From NCBI GenBank assembly GCA_030704615.1, contig CM060731.1:21638001-21702000 (forward strand): a stretch of 64,000 bases of DNA, given 5' to 3'. Both the position numbers and the translations under genes were made by a program. Under the pieces are notes generated by a model. That model saw nothing but the letters and a program-made list of their open reading frames with translations. It had not been told where the DNA came from and made no database searches. This DNA is from Takakia lepidozioides. Lineage: Eukaryota; Plantae; Bryophyta. The first letter of the stretch is position 1. Each line of letters begins with the position of its first letter. Positions 25,287-38,600 of this stretch are shown here, piece by piece.

Positions 25287-28200
25287 CTACCCATGTGTTG
25301 TATCCCGCTGCAAAAGAGTATCGACCTCGTTGAAACTCATAGTGGCCTGGTGAATGAAGTTGTCACGTTTGGGATCGCAAACCATCCTCCTCAAAAATAT
25401 GAAATACAAATGTTTGCATGATATGAATTTACCTCTCTTGCCCAAACTGGTTGATAGCATATTCACAAAATCAGGACATGTGCAATTGGGGAAATTGGAA
25501 ACCGTGATGTCATAGGTCCTGTCATGAACAGCAGATGTGGAAGTGATGATTGTGAATACCCGACCATATCCTGGATCGGGTACTTCCGTGGTGCTTCCGA
25601 CACGAGCTTGGAGCATTCTTGCGGACTCCACTTTGCCAAAGTGTTCAGCGGTTGGAGGGAAACGCCGAACGAGCTTTCCATCTCGTTTGGTTGGCCACAA
25701 GTCAGGATTTGCCGGGGGGACCCGGGAGGACGCAGGAGTAGTAGCACATGCATGGAGTTGGGGTTGTCTCGCAAGGGAAAAACCTGCCTCCTCCAGCATT
25801 TCAATCTCCTGAAAGCTGAGATGTGTTCCCACCTTCACGGGCCAAACGGTTGGAGGAGATGGCTTCATCACTACGGAAGGACGCACAGTTCCATGCACAC
25901 ATCTGGCACAATCATCTGCGCAGAACCAGAACTTGTGGTTCTTGGCTTCTGGTTGACCGTATGGACGCATCAAGCCCGTGAAAGTCGGAGCAGGAGTTCG
26001 GGCACCACCTCTGGATATAGATGAAGTGCACTTCTCGAAATTAGTTGCCCTGATCGCTGTACATTTCACACGAGACCCGACACTTGTGCGTTCTATGTGC
26101 CAAACGTGGTCGGGGCATGCGGACTCAAGCACATCAAGGGGGTTGTTTCTCTCCTGCACCATTTCAGTGGCACGGTTTGATGCTGGAGCTTGCCGTCGTG
26201 TTGGAGGTTCCTCCACAATGGAGGTTCCGGACACGGAGCTGTCATGCAGGGGAACACGAGGCTTCGAGAAGTTATCACGGTCTGCCCTGTGGGAATCTGA
26301 ATCCGAACCAGGTGGAGTGTTCAATTTCCTCTTACAGGAGCCGAATCTCTCCTCCCCTTCAAGATGTGGAACTCTAGAAACAAGTGGCGTTCCCTGGGCA
26401 TACATGCTCACCGCCCGTGCTATCTTGATTGGATCCCCAGATCTGTTTGCAGCACGCAACATCAACTCCGATTTGTCCGGACCCTTGCCACCAACCCCAC
26501 CTCGTAAGAAATCACGGTATCGGGTTTGTTGTTGCAAGGCACGTATCAAATCATCTGTTGTTGCCACATACAAATCCCGACCTCGTTTCCCAGACTGCTG
26601 CAACCATGCATTGTGCACAGTTTCTGCCAAATTGCAAGATGGCATGTCTGCCATTTCCTCAATGGACATGTTCTGCAAAGAGGATAACCACACTTCAGAA
26701 TAGTGCACAGGAAACAACATAAAGAAAGCAATGAGTCAAAAATATGGAAAGCAAATGTATGAATAAAGCATGAAATAGAAGCCTCGTACCATTGTCATGG
26801 CTGCTCCCCACTGTCTATACCGGAAGTGCCAAAACGCCAGCCAATCTTCCAATGCTCTCATACTCTCAAGTGATGCAGCTCCAGAAGAGAACCACCAGGC
26901 ACGAATTGTCTGGAACAAAGTGTCCGCCTCCTTCATTGTTCTAGCATCTTTGTACTCTTTGCACAATTTACGGTGCTGAGTCTGCATCTCTGGTTTGATG
27001 TCCGACTTTGTATGTTTTTCCAGAGATTGTGTCCAATGGAATAGACATGTACGCTCTCTTCCTGGCATAGGCACTTTTGGGTCGCCCGATCCGAAGACAA
27101 TACGAATAGCATTGAAATTTGCTTGAGCACTATCCGCCATGAAACCTGCGAAATTTGGAGATGGCAGCCCATGGCAGCCCATGACACGTATCAGGGAATT
27201 CCACATGAGCTTCTGGGATTCCGTATCCTCGGATTGCATGTCACAAACTGCAATTGTCATAACTCGTTGGTACACTGGATCGTAGACATGACAAGCCATT
27301 GTCGTCCAATCCTTCACTCGTTTCACATGATCAAACATAAGAAAACAGTTCTGCAAGTCCCCAGTCTTTTGCATCCGCTTCACGAGGCTAACCCCACTGC
27401 CCTCCCCAACAGTCGACATTTTGAAAAGAAAAACTTTGATGGCACCTTGACCTGGGAATACATTGTCCTGGATGTAATCGTACTTGCTCAGTCGTTTCAA
27501 TTCCAAAATATTGTCTATGTAGCCTCTGATCCCAGAGCCCATTCTCAATGCATTGATCTGATGCCGAATGTTAGGTGAACTTAAAGTGGAGAAATGATCC
27601 ATGACCAGGTCCAATGCTGCACCGTCAAGTTTAGTCCCCACAGAATCTCCTTCACTCAAAATATGGCTTTCCAAGAAGGACTTGCTTGCGCCAAGAGCAA
27701 TTGCAGATGTTGTTGCGGATGGGTTTCTCCCGAACTCCTGTTTGATCAACCTCGATACTGTCTCAACACTCTCCCTGTAATCCCCCTTCGAGACAGGATG
27801 GTTATGGAATCCAAAATGCACACAAGCTCTCGTCATTGTATTCAAACGGTGGACAACATAGTACATTCTTGCTCCGCAGAGCGCCAAGCAGGATGGCACA
27901 AGTTTGCAGAATTTGCAGACGAAAGTGTTTGCCGGTGGAGGGGCAGTCCCAGGCTGAAATGGATTCTCCGCCAGACCCTCCCATTCGCTTTGATTATGAA
28001 CTCCAGACTGAAGAAAGTGTCTGCAATTCAAATTATCACACCTAAGGTGTCCATTGCAAACTGTCCTCCTGAAAACAAGTTGTCATCATTCTGAATATTG
28101 GATGTTTTTGTTCTGCACCACGGGTGCCCGTCGTGTTTCTTGTCCATTCCATGCATCATGATTGTTACACCTCCAACTCGCGGAGGAGGAGGCAGCTCGA

Positions 28201-28801
28201 ATAGGATATCGCCATCAAAAGTCTCCGGCAAGAACTTCACAGGCACCTGCTTCAAAGATTCCCAATCAATTCCCCGCAACTCACTTTTGAATCCAGCCAT
28301 TCCTCCCATCGCCCGCAATTTTGGAATGACACTACAAATCTCTTCTTCATCAGCTTCTGCAACCACAGTAGGAAGGACTGGATTTGGAATTTCACTTATG
28401 TCATCATCGGAAGAATCCGAAAGCTCAACGATTGGAGTGGAGGAAGTCTGTTCTTTTTTCACCACCACCTCCCTCTTGTCTTCAACGACCGAAGCAGCAG
28501 TCCCGGGCGTCACATATGACCCAAGGGACTTTCGCCGAGGCTCTCCAAGTACTCTGTATCGACCAGGACGCACTCTCCACTGGCTGATATGAGCCGTCTC
28601 ATCACGGTTTTGGAAAGAATATTTCACCAACTTCCCTTTCAGATCGTAAACCTCTTTCTCCAAAAAGATGGAGCCATTCTGCAGCTGAAAACGGGTAGCC
28701 AAGACATGTTCCAGAACAATTGCAAATCCATTGTCAAGGACTTCCTGGGAGAACGGCACTGGTTTGTCGTCTGAGAAGAACTCCGCTTCAGAGGAAGCCA
28801 T
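25287..28801 (-). CDS. MULE transposase with GCM/WRKY-like zinc domain, DDE core and SWIM finger; exons 28801-26790 and 26672-25287; one frameshift in a T-run near 28075
   Basis: Restoring one T gives FRRTVCNGHLRCDNLNC...CKFCK...RACVHFGFHNHP (GCM-like). MFDH, FMADSAQA, CLFHW and NLAETVHN give the D-D-CxxH-E pattern of Mutator transposases. C-terminal CTCPDF...CKHLY is a SWIM finger. Confidence 0.88.
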
Positions 28802-29656
28802 CTTCCTTCCTCGAGTATGTTTGTACCTTGCTATCGCAGATCTAGTGTAAATCGGTTTACTGCTGTCTCCAGAACACAGTTGAAGAATGAGCAGAGCATA
28901 TGGCGGAGGAAGCTCAGATAACGACTGTGCATATTCTGTTATTCATTCCAGATATGCAGCCGTCCATTTTAATTACTTTTCTTGTGGGCCCAGTGGTCAG
29001 AGAATCCATAGGGGCAGTGTCGGCAACTGTTAAACCGTTAATCAGAACCTCATCAATAAACCCAATAACAAAGCCGACTTCCTGGAAGCATGCCACAGGA
29101 TCCGAGAATGGGATTGCAGATTAAGTAAATGTATCTATATACTACTACCAATGATCATGCGCACCTGGAAAGTTCCAAATGTGCAACGAATGTGGGGTTT
29201 GGATAACAAGGATGACCGTGTATGATATTCCAAAATTTGTCATCAAACTCTCGTTCATTTATATTTATTTGTTTAAGACTGCGCATCAATTTCTGGGATT
29301 CGCTGTTCTTTTTAAATATTGAACCAGTTATAATTTAGAACACGCCGTTTTGTTTTGGGCGGCACACGTCAGACATCCATAACTGAATACGAACAGCTGT
29401 ACACCAATTGCTGGCATGTGCACTAATAACGAAACGACTATGTGTAACGGTCACGCGGGAGGGAATCCGATGCTTCTAGAGACACGCAAGAACACAGGCA
29501 ATCCCGCAAGAAATCGAGAGTCACTGCGTTTTTCTACTTTTCGCGCTTAGAGGGAGAGTGGTAGTCAAGCTGGAGAGGGTTCCTTCTAGAATACGAAAGA
29601 GAAGAAAGTCTCTTTATTTTACTTCCCTTAGAGAGAGACGCAGAGCAAGAGAGAAA

Positions 29657-32600
29657 ATGACGAGGCGTCGTTTGTTGGAGAACACAGGGCCAAGGCAGCA
29701 GGTGAACGCGGAGACTGATTCACAAGAGCAGACGGAGACTGAGGCAGCGGCTGCGACACAGTCGGCGATAAGAGTGCGCCAGCCTGTGGAGGCAGAGATG
29801 AATCGCAGGGACACTGAAGAAGGTGGAAGCACGCGGAACGCCGAACCTGAAGAAGGTCAAGAAACCCTTGCGCAGACAGAAACTCCAGCAGATGTGAGAG
29901 GGAAGAGGAAAGCTGCAGAAGGGGATCAAATTTCAAAACCTAAGAAGGTGCCAGTAAGTTTTATCATATAGTCTGTGTGATTGCCTTTCAAGGAGTCCTT
30001 CCTCTTCCATTCTTTAGCAGGAACTACTGAATCGCGAGCGTCGTTAACGCCATTCGATTCTGCTCATGAGATTTATGTACCTATGTGTTTGAAGAGAGAG
30101 TCTGCACTTACTATTCTCCCTAAACTACACTGAATGTCGTTGCCGCCAATCAGTTGCACATATATGTCATTACACAACACCGATCCGGCAGGTTGTTATC
30201 TTTTGTGATTGTCGTTAACGCCGTTCGCTATCGCTCTCACTTTTGTTTTGAATACGGCAGTCTCGGCTTTGCATGTGTAGATTGTGCTGAATTCTTTCAC
30301 ACCATTCATGGTGAGTTTCCTTGATACAGAGTGATTGTCGTTACCGCCATTCACTATTTGCAAATCACTTAGTCAGAACTGAATGGCATCGTGCAGAAAA
30401 CTGTGAGGTCGAAGCCTACAGGATCAGAGGGGAAAGGATCTGGAGATGGGGACGAGTCCGCAAAAAGCTCAGAGAATACAGATGAAGCAGATGAATCCGA
30501 AGTGCACTACCTTGACAAGGTGAAAGAACTCATGTCATTCCAGAAGGTAAACTCTCAGGAGGTTATAAGGGACATGCTCGTATCTGGAGGGCGTCTGGAC
30601 ATACCTCTGTGCCGGATGATATCAATGCCTGTTGTGCGTCCACCTCTTTCCCATGACATAACAAAATTGGAGAGTGATTTTGTGCATGGATATAGACTTG
30701 GTGCACAAGTTTTTTATGTGTCACTGACGGATATAAATGGGAAAAGCACATTAGTTTCTCCAGAGATCAGTGATAACTGGGATGAGTGCTGGAAAGATGC
30801 CAATGAGGAGTTCGAGCTGGGCCTCATGATGGGAAAGAACACCCAACAATTTTGCAACCACATGTTCTACGTCTGGGACGGCAACCACCGATTGCTGGCA
30901 TGGATGGGATACATTCAGAAACACCATTCGAAAGACAAAGACAAGCATGTTGCTGTGGAGGCAATGGTTTTGGATCCAGGAAACGACATCGCTAGGCTTC
31001 TTACAGCTATGCACGACGTGAACAAGTAAGTCATCCAGGAGATTTGATTCCCTCTGTAGTGTCTTGTTGATCCTCAAAAAACAGTGTTAAGGAATGCAAT
31101 GTTTTCAATGTTTTTGCAGATCGACAGAGAAATCGCATGTGACAACAAGCTTGGTTCACACACTATTCCGAATTCAGAGGATTGGTCTGATGAAGCTGGA
31201 TGATTTTCGGACAGTACTACCAATATCATCAAGAAGTGCGAAACAGGAAGAGCTGCAGGCACTTGGTATTCTTTGACACGAGAGGCGTTTCTGGAGTACA
31301 TGTATGCGGTAAGCCCGAGTCTGTAATCTGTTTACTTTTCGAATACATGTTTAGAGTCCCTTCGGAGCTAATCACTACTTGAATGAATGCAGCAAGAACT
31401 GGCAGAGGCAGCTGAGAAGGGAAAATCCGAATATTACCGCACTACACCAGAGGAACTAAGGACATCAAAGGGTGTGGAAGCTGCAATAAAGAAGGAGTTT
31501 GAGATGCGAAGAACCAAATTGATGTCAGCCTTCGGAAAGCAGCTTAGAATAGTAGATCCTGGACTTGGTCCTGAGTTCCTTCAGCAGATCAAAACACACT
31601 ATGACAAGCATGTGCATCCGGAGATGCAGCAGGAGAAATTGCACCGGCTGGCCATATCGATGGTCGACCCACAAACAAAAATAAGGTGGCTGGAGATATG
31701 GAACTCAGATCAAACAGTAAAGGACTTGAATCAGTTCCCAAAGAGCACCATACAGCCTGGCACAAAGGTGGAAGGAATCAGTGATTTGGTGTTTGATAAC
31801 TGGCTCCACAAGGCTACATTTTGGAGTCAGGTGTGTATTCGAACATGCTGTTTCTTCTCTTCAAGTATGTGATGTGTTTCTTTTTTGCAATTCTGACAAA
31901 TATACTATTTGCAGCTCGAAAAGCGCGCCGTCATTGTGCTGGATCAGACTTTGAAGGACCTGAACATTGCGATTGTTTCCCCTCCCCAAATGTCATTGGA
32001 GGCATACATAAGGAAGTGGAGAGGTCTCACCTGGAGATACTGTTTTTTCCGGGAGTTCTCCAAAGATGGTAACATTTTACGGTCCAACGACTTTGACAGT
32101 CAGGTTGGAGGAGAGTGGGCCATGATGCGAGTTGTGTACAGGTGAAATGTCATACTTGAAACTCTACTGTTTTTTTGGGAAAAATTGTGGCTTCATATGG
32201 ATTGCAATCTTAGATCCAGATTGAATGTCGTTGACGACATTCACTTCTTTGTCTGAGTCATTCTTAAGCGAGTATATGAATTCACCTGGTTAGGATCTAA
32301 GGGTGCAATTATATTGTCCCTGATTAGAATTGATAATGTCCTTGAATGGCGTTGACGACATTCACATACGGAGTTGTTGTGTGGTCCTCAAGGTTATTTA
32401 AATTTTTGTAATGTCCATAGAGGTTACAATGAGGGTTGATCACTTCATTTTGCTGAATGTCAATGCAGACATTCAGTTGTTCTGCATTGTTTTTTCCTCT
32501 TGCGATGAATATGGAGGCTTGATAAGCTCTGTTTTAAGAAATCCAAAGTGAATGTCGTTGACGACATTCACAGCTGTGTCTGTATTATTCAAAAACGACA

Positions 32601-35600
32601 AATTCAATTTTCATGGATTGGGGAGCTAAGTAATTGGTTTCTTTTTTGTATTTTTGTGAATGGCGTTGACGCCATTCACATACAGTGATGTTGTGAGGTC
32701 CTCAGTGATAGGTTCGTTATGAATGTGCATTGAGTTTTCCTGGATGGTTCCTTACTCAATTTTTTTATTTCCATCCTGTGATTTTGCTTCATTTCAGTAA
32801 TAATTTGGCTTCATTCTTGAATGTCGTTGACGACATTCACTTCTATGTCTGTGTCATTTCTAATCGCTTATTTGCATTCACCTGGATTAGGATGTATTTA
32901 CAGTGTCATGGAATGGAATGTTCTGAATGGCGTTGACGACATTCATATCTGGAGCAGTAGTGTGGTCCTGAAAGGTCCTTGGAGCAGTTGTCAGAGCCAT
33001 TTCAATCCATGTTTTATTCTTTCTGTTCTACTTGCATCTTACTCACTGAGCGCTTTTGTGGGTTGGGATTCATCTCCTTTTTTCAGGTACACGAAATATG
33101 TGCTTATGGAAGGAAATCACCTGAGCGGAATTCCCGACTATCTTGACATGTGGTCGGACCCTGCAAACGATCCAACCATGTATACTGCAGGGATATTGAA
33201 GGACTGGAGTCCTTCTCACTTCAGAGACTGTGGGTGGTACCTTGACTGCCCACCTGAGCACACGACCTTTCAAGAACAGCATATGAAATACTTGAACAAT
33301 AACGCTGAGATGCTGGCGCCTTTGACTGACGAAGAGTATCAACGAAACATAGCAACCTTGGCTGCCAAGGAGCCTGATGCTCAGGGAACGCCGCAGAAGG
33401 GAAAGAAGGCGGGCCGCAAACCAAAAGACAAGGCTGTTGATGTCATAGCCATCTCACCAGCAAAGCCAAAGGACAAAGACAAGTCCAAAGAGAAGGAAAA
33501 GGACAAGGGGAAGGAGAATGAAAAGGAGATGGAGAGTGGGCAGGACTTTAGTGCTGGAAGATATACCCGCACTCTTCAGTGCGTGTTCGATGCCAAGCCA
33601 CACCCTTCCCGTTCTGATTCAGCAGGAGAGATGAAAATTGTTAATGAGGGTTGGCTTTCGATGATGCAGAGTCGAAAGAGAGGATACACTGGGGTGCCAT
33701 CCCCTACCTGGGACAATATAATCTCATTCCTCAATCTGGTGAGAATTCCACTTTCTTTCCTTTTTCTCTGAATGTTTCGTTGGCAGTATTTCAGTCTCGT
33801 TCTTTGAAAACATTCTTGCCATCGTTCTTATAAAAAACATGTCTGTTGCAGGTGAGCACAGGTCCCACCTTCGTGTGCGGTGTGCAGAAAACTTATGCGG
33901 CCGACATTGTCATTCTCGACATCCCGGATGGCCAGGCTGTGCCAGAAGTTCTTCCAAAGGGCAAGACGCCAGGGTGGAACAAATTCGAGGACAACTACTG
34001 GAGTTGGGTATTCGGGTTCTGTAACAATTTCCTCTCTGATGCAGGGACACTTCTGCTTTTTCAGTCATGTGACAATGATAGTCGTCGGGCATTGGCATCA
34101 TACCTCAAGTCTTCAGGGTTTGAAGTTTTGCGCACATGGAATTGTGTGAACAGCCTCTACCTTGTGAAAGGGGGTTTCCCTGGTCAGCTGGTATGCCGTC
34201 TGCCTTCTGCTTATGCTTTGATCATGAGTTTCAATTTTCTCTGCAGCTCCACTCTAGTAGAATGTTTTATGATCGACACCGATCATCAACGATTCATGGT
34301 TTTTTGGTGTCAGAGTTCTGAATAGCCGATGTACACACTTCCACTTTAGATTGTGTTTACCACACTAACCTGCTATCTTTGGCAGACGAGGATGTTCGAG
34401 GCGATCTGCCTGCGGAGGATTCGCACATCAAAGACACCATCCTCCATCCGCAGCTTTGAGATTTCTGACCAGGGTTGTTTCGTCAACCCCCCCTATGAGC
34501 CCCATGTCGATGACATTTTGTACAACTTCATGCAGTCCAGTCAGACTCTGAAGAGACCAGATGGCACTCCCTGGAGAGGTGCAAAGGAAAAGTCACCAGC
34601 ATTCATGCAAATACTGTTGGAGTCATGCAGCCACCGCTCTGCACGGGTGGTCGATCTTTCTGTGTCCACATGTTCGTTTTCTCCCTTCCGAATTGGTTTC
34701 CTTTCAACAGTTTCATCTGCTTAAATCCCCTCCTCTAAACTGCTTATGTTCTCCTGTCTGGTGCAGGAGCAACTTACCACGCATGCAAGGCAGGCGGAAG
34801 AAGCCTTTTTGGTATGGAGGGTGATTCTGACCTCTACAACACAGTGCTCCTCCCCCTTTTGTCTGGCTCCACTTCAGGCACACTGTCGCGCACCTCACTT
34901 CGGTAAACTCCCCTTCAAGTCATAGTTAACCGCTTTGATGCGCGCGCCTGACTCCCAACCTGGCCGCCGGGCCAACTTGGAGTTTCGGCTACTCACCGGG
35001 ACATAACGGTCCCCGTTCGCTTCCTCTAAAACCTCCACCTATTGGGACTAGGAGAATTCCCTTTGGTAGATGGCAGTCCGGAACAGCTCCCCACTCTTTG
35101 GTCGCTTTCCGGCTCGCACGATTACTCACTAGTTTTTGGTCACCAACGGGCTTGCACCGTTCTCGGGGTTACTACTCCCTATATATACTTCTGTAGCTGT
35201 CCGCGGGGTTTCATAACCAGCCATGCCATTTTATGGCGAACCACCACGAAAACCCTCGACTCCCGGTGGTGAGTCGCGGTGAGTCTTGGCCCACTCACCG
35301 CGGCCCCAATGGACCGTGATGAGTCCCAAGACTCCCCACGACTCCCACCTCGAGGTCTCCACCCCATGGTGAGTCCTATGCCACCCCCACTAAGTCCCAC
35401 TAAGCTACCACCACCCCTTGTGGAGCCACCTCCACCGCAACCCGGTGTGCGGGGCTCCACCTAGTGAGCGCCTCCGCCTCCTTGAGTGCCTTGGGCACTC
35501 AAGGGTGCTTCAGCCCCCCATACCTATCGCCGCCGCTGCCCCCCACCACAGGGGCAGCCCCTCATGTGTCCCGACCCCCTGCCCTCAAGGCAAAGGGCCG

Positions 35601-38600
35601 CGACACACACCCCTACCAACAGGGAGTCGATGTCCTCATCGACTTGTCCATTTTGTAGAAACGAACATCCAAGTTGTGGCGTCCCACATCAAGGAGTTTG
35701 TTTCCGTACCATGGCGTCCCATGGCAAAGAACCAAACCCCACACTTGACTCCACTCTCCACTAGCTAGTTCGGCCGACTTCCTCCAAGTCCCGGCCAAGG
35801 GTGGAGCCTCTCCAGCTCCTCCCAGTGCACTCTTCTTGGCCTACTTCAAGGCCAAGGAACGATCCTCCCCGAGGATCGAATCGCCTTACTGCAACAACAT
35901 TGCTTGCGATCGCTCATGATGCCGCTTTTGGCATCACCTTGAGCAAGGGTTCACCTGGAACCCTCTTTGACTAGGAAGATAACCTTGAACCAACCGTGCG
36001 CCCCAATCACTACAATTGGGTCCGCCTTGGAATGCTGGCCTGAGGTACAGGAACACGCCGAAGCCGCACTACGACTTCGTCCCGAGGCTACACGATTATA
36101 GTACGTGAACGGAAGCACGTAGCTTCCGCGTTAGCCCGCACTACAAGGCAACCCCCTCGGTAGCGCAGTTATAGTACGCGCACGCGCCAGGTGCGCACTA
36201 GCACTTGAACTCCCAAATAAGGCGCAAGTTTCCTTGCCCCTTGGATGGGAGTCACCCGATTTCGGCACTGCGCAAACACACGATTAACTCAATTTACCTC
36301 TCCTACTTTTGTAAGCTAGCATGCATTCTACACACTAGTCAACCACACCATGCATCACCATTTCAAACACAATAGGACGCACAATATTTGGAACCCATTT
36401 CCTTTATAACAAATTTTTGTACAATACAAGTTTTTGCAATCGGATTCCTGAGCTAGCTAAACCGGGCTAAGTATGCATTTCCTCCCCCACGCTCCAAGGT
36501 TGATGTCCCCATCAACGTTTCTTCCGCTTTTGAGGTCGCCCTTCGAACGCTGCAACTGCCTCGGATGCGTTTCCCATTTCTGAGGCACGCACCCAAGATG
36601 CCTCCACAAGATGATAGCCCTTCCATTTGACGAGATACTCCGTTTCTCGGTTCTTGAACCTCCTCGACTTAAGTATTGCCTCCACCTCGTACTCGGGTTC
36701 ATTTTCATGATCCAACAGCATAGGTGGCGGACGCAACACTTGCTGCCGATTCGGACGTGCTTCATCTTTGAAGTAAGGCTTCAAAAGGGAGACATGGAAT
36801 ACTGGGTGCACCTTGCTGTTTGCCGGCAGCTCCAATTCATACACATCCTCATTCATAACCCTCCGAATGCGAAAGGGACCCGCATACGGAGGTACGAACT
36901 TCGGACTCACTTCCGGAGGTAGTCGAAAATTCTTGATGTTCAACCAGACCTCTGTGCCTGCCTCAAACTTCACTTCCCTCCGCTTCCGATTCGCCTGCCT
37001 TTCATACCGTTTCCTAGCTTTGGCAATGTTGTACTTTGCGAGCTTCAACAAACGCTCGCGTTCTTCCAGCACCGCCGCTACTGCCGGTTCCTCAACGTCC
37101 TGGGCGGCCCAACTTGTCGGCACCAGAGGTGCTTTTCCATAGACCAACACAAAAGGGGAAACTCCCGTCGCGGAGTGTTCTGTGTTATTATAACAGAACT
37201 CTGCCGCGTCTAAGTGTTCCATCCAGTCTGATTGGTCTGCCGACACGTAATTCCGCAAGAATTGCTTCACTACGGAATTCACTCTTTCCGTTTGGCCGTC
37301 CGTCGTAGGTCGGAAGGCGGTGCTCATCTTCAGCCTCGTCCCCATCTTCTTCCAAAGTGCTCTCCAAAATTTACTCGTAAACTTTGGGTCGCGGTCCGAG
37401 ACAATATCCTTCGGGACTCCATGATGCTTTAAGACGTGGGCGAAGTAAAGTCGCCCTGTCTCCTGCGCCGTTGCCGTCTCCTTGGTGGGGATGAAATGGG
37501 CCATTTTACTGAACCTATCTACCACCACCATGATTGCATCGAATCCTTTTGACAGCGGCATAGCAGTCATGAAATCCATCGAGACGCTTTCCCAAGTCCC
37601 CTCTGGAATCGGCAAGGGTTGTAACAGCCCCGCTTGCTTTTTGTACTCGCTCCGGTTTTGTTGGCATGTGGTGCATGTCTTGACATACTCCTCTGCCTCC
37701 TCCCTCAGTTTGGGCCAGAAATACTCTTTCTTCAAGAGTGCCGCAGTGCGCTTGGCTCCGCCGTGGCCCGCAAGCAGGCTATCATGGCATTCTCTCAAGA
37801 GGCTATCTCTGATCCCTCCCTTTGGCACATGGAGACGTTTTTGCTTATACCGGAGCAGTCCTTTTTGCAAGTGGAACTGCGATTTAACCCCCATTCTCAA
37901 GTCCTGCATCACGCGCTTTGCCAGCTCATCCTTCCGGCAAGCCTTCCGGATCTTCCTTTGGAGCGCCGTCTCGCCCTTGTACACCAACAAGAGCTGCTGC
38001 TTTCTACTTAAAGCATCGGCCACCACATTGTCCCGTCCCGGTTTGTACTGGATATCCACGTCGAACACTGCCAAAGTATCTTGCCACCTAAGTTGTTTTG
38101 GGGACAACTTGGGCTGCGTGGCAAAATACTTCACCGTGACATTGTCCGTGAACACCTTCACTGGGTTGGAACCAACATAGTGGCGCCAGAGTTCAAGGCA
38201 ATGCACCACCGCCTTCATCTCTTTTTCGTGCGTCGGCCACCGTCGCTCCACTTCATTCAGTTTCTTACTTTCGTAAGCCACTGGTCGTCCATCTTGCATA
38301 AGTACACCCCCAATCGCGAAGTCCGATGCATCTGTATGAATCTCAAACGGACGATCGAACTCCGGGATTTTCAAGACTGGAGCTTCCGTCATCCGCTGCT
38401 TCAATTCAGCAAAAGCTTGGCCACAAAATGTGTTCCATACCCAGACTTTGGATTTACACAGAAGGTCCGACAGCGGCCCCGCGATCTTGGCGAAATTTCT
38501 CACATACTTCCGGTAATAGGAGGCGAGTCCTAGGAAGGATCGCACTCCCGGGACCGAAGTCGGAGGCTCCCAGTCCAAGATCGCCCTCACCTTTCTGTCA

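Noticed and set aside
25524-28592. Long plus-strand ORFs (166-241 aa) opposite the transposase
   Set aside because: Antisense shadows of a coding region, with no motifs.
32222-32945. CRISPR array (palindromic repeats with spacers)
   Set aside because: Spacers are 73-139 bp, uneven and partly homologous to each other (a two-unit higher-order repeat). There are no cas genes, and the array lies in a eukaryotic intron.
35042-35768. Proline-rich ORFs repeated at 41288-41940
   Set aside because: They lie mostly within the GC-rich LTRs, and the duplication is simply the two LTRs.
36095-36178. Hammerhead ribozyme (retrozyme-like)
   Set aside because: No CTGATGA and GAAA core on either strand; kept only as an unassigned structured motif.
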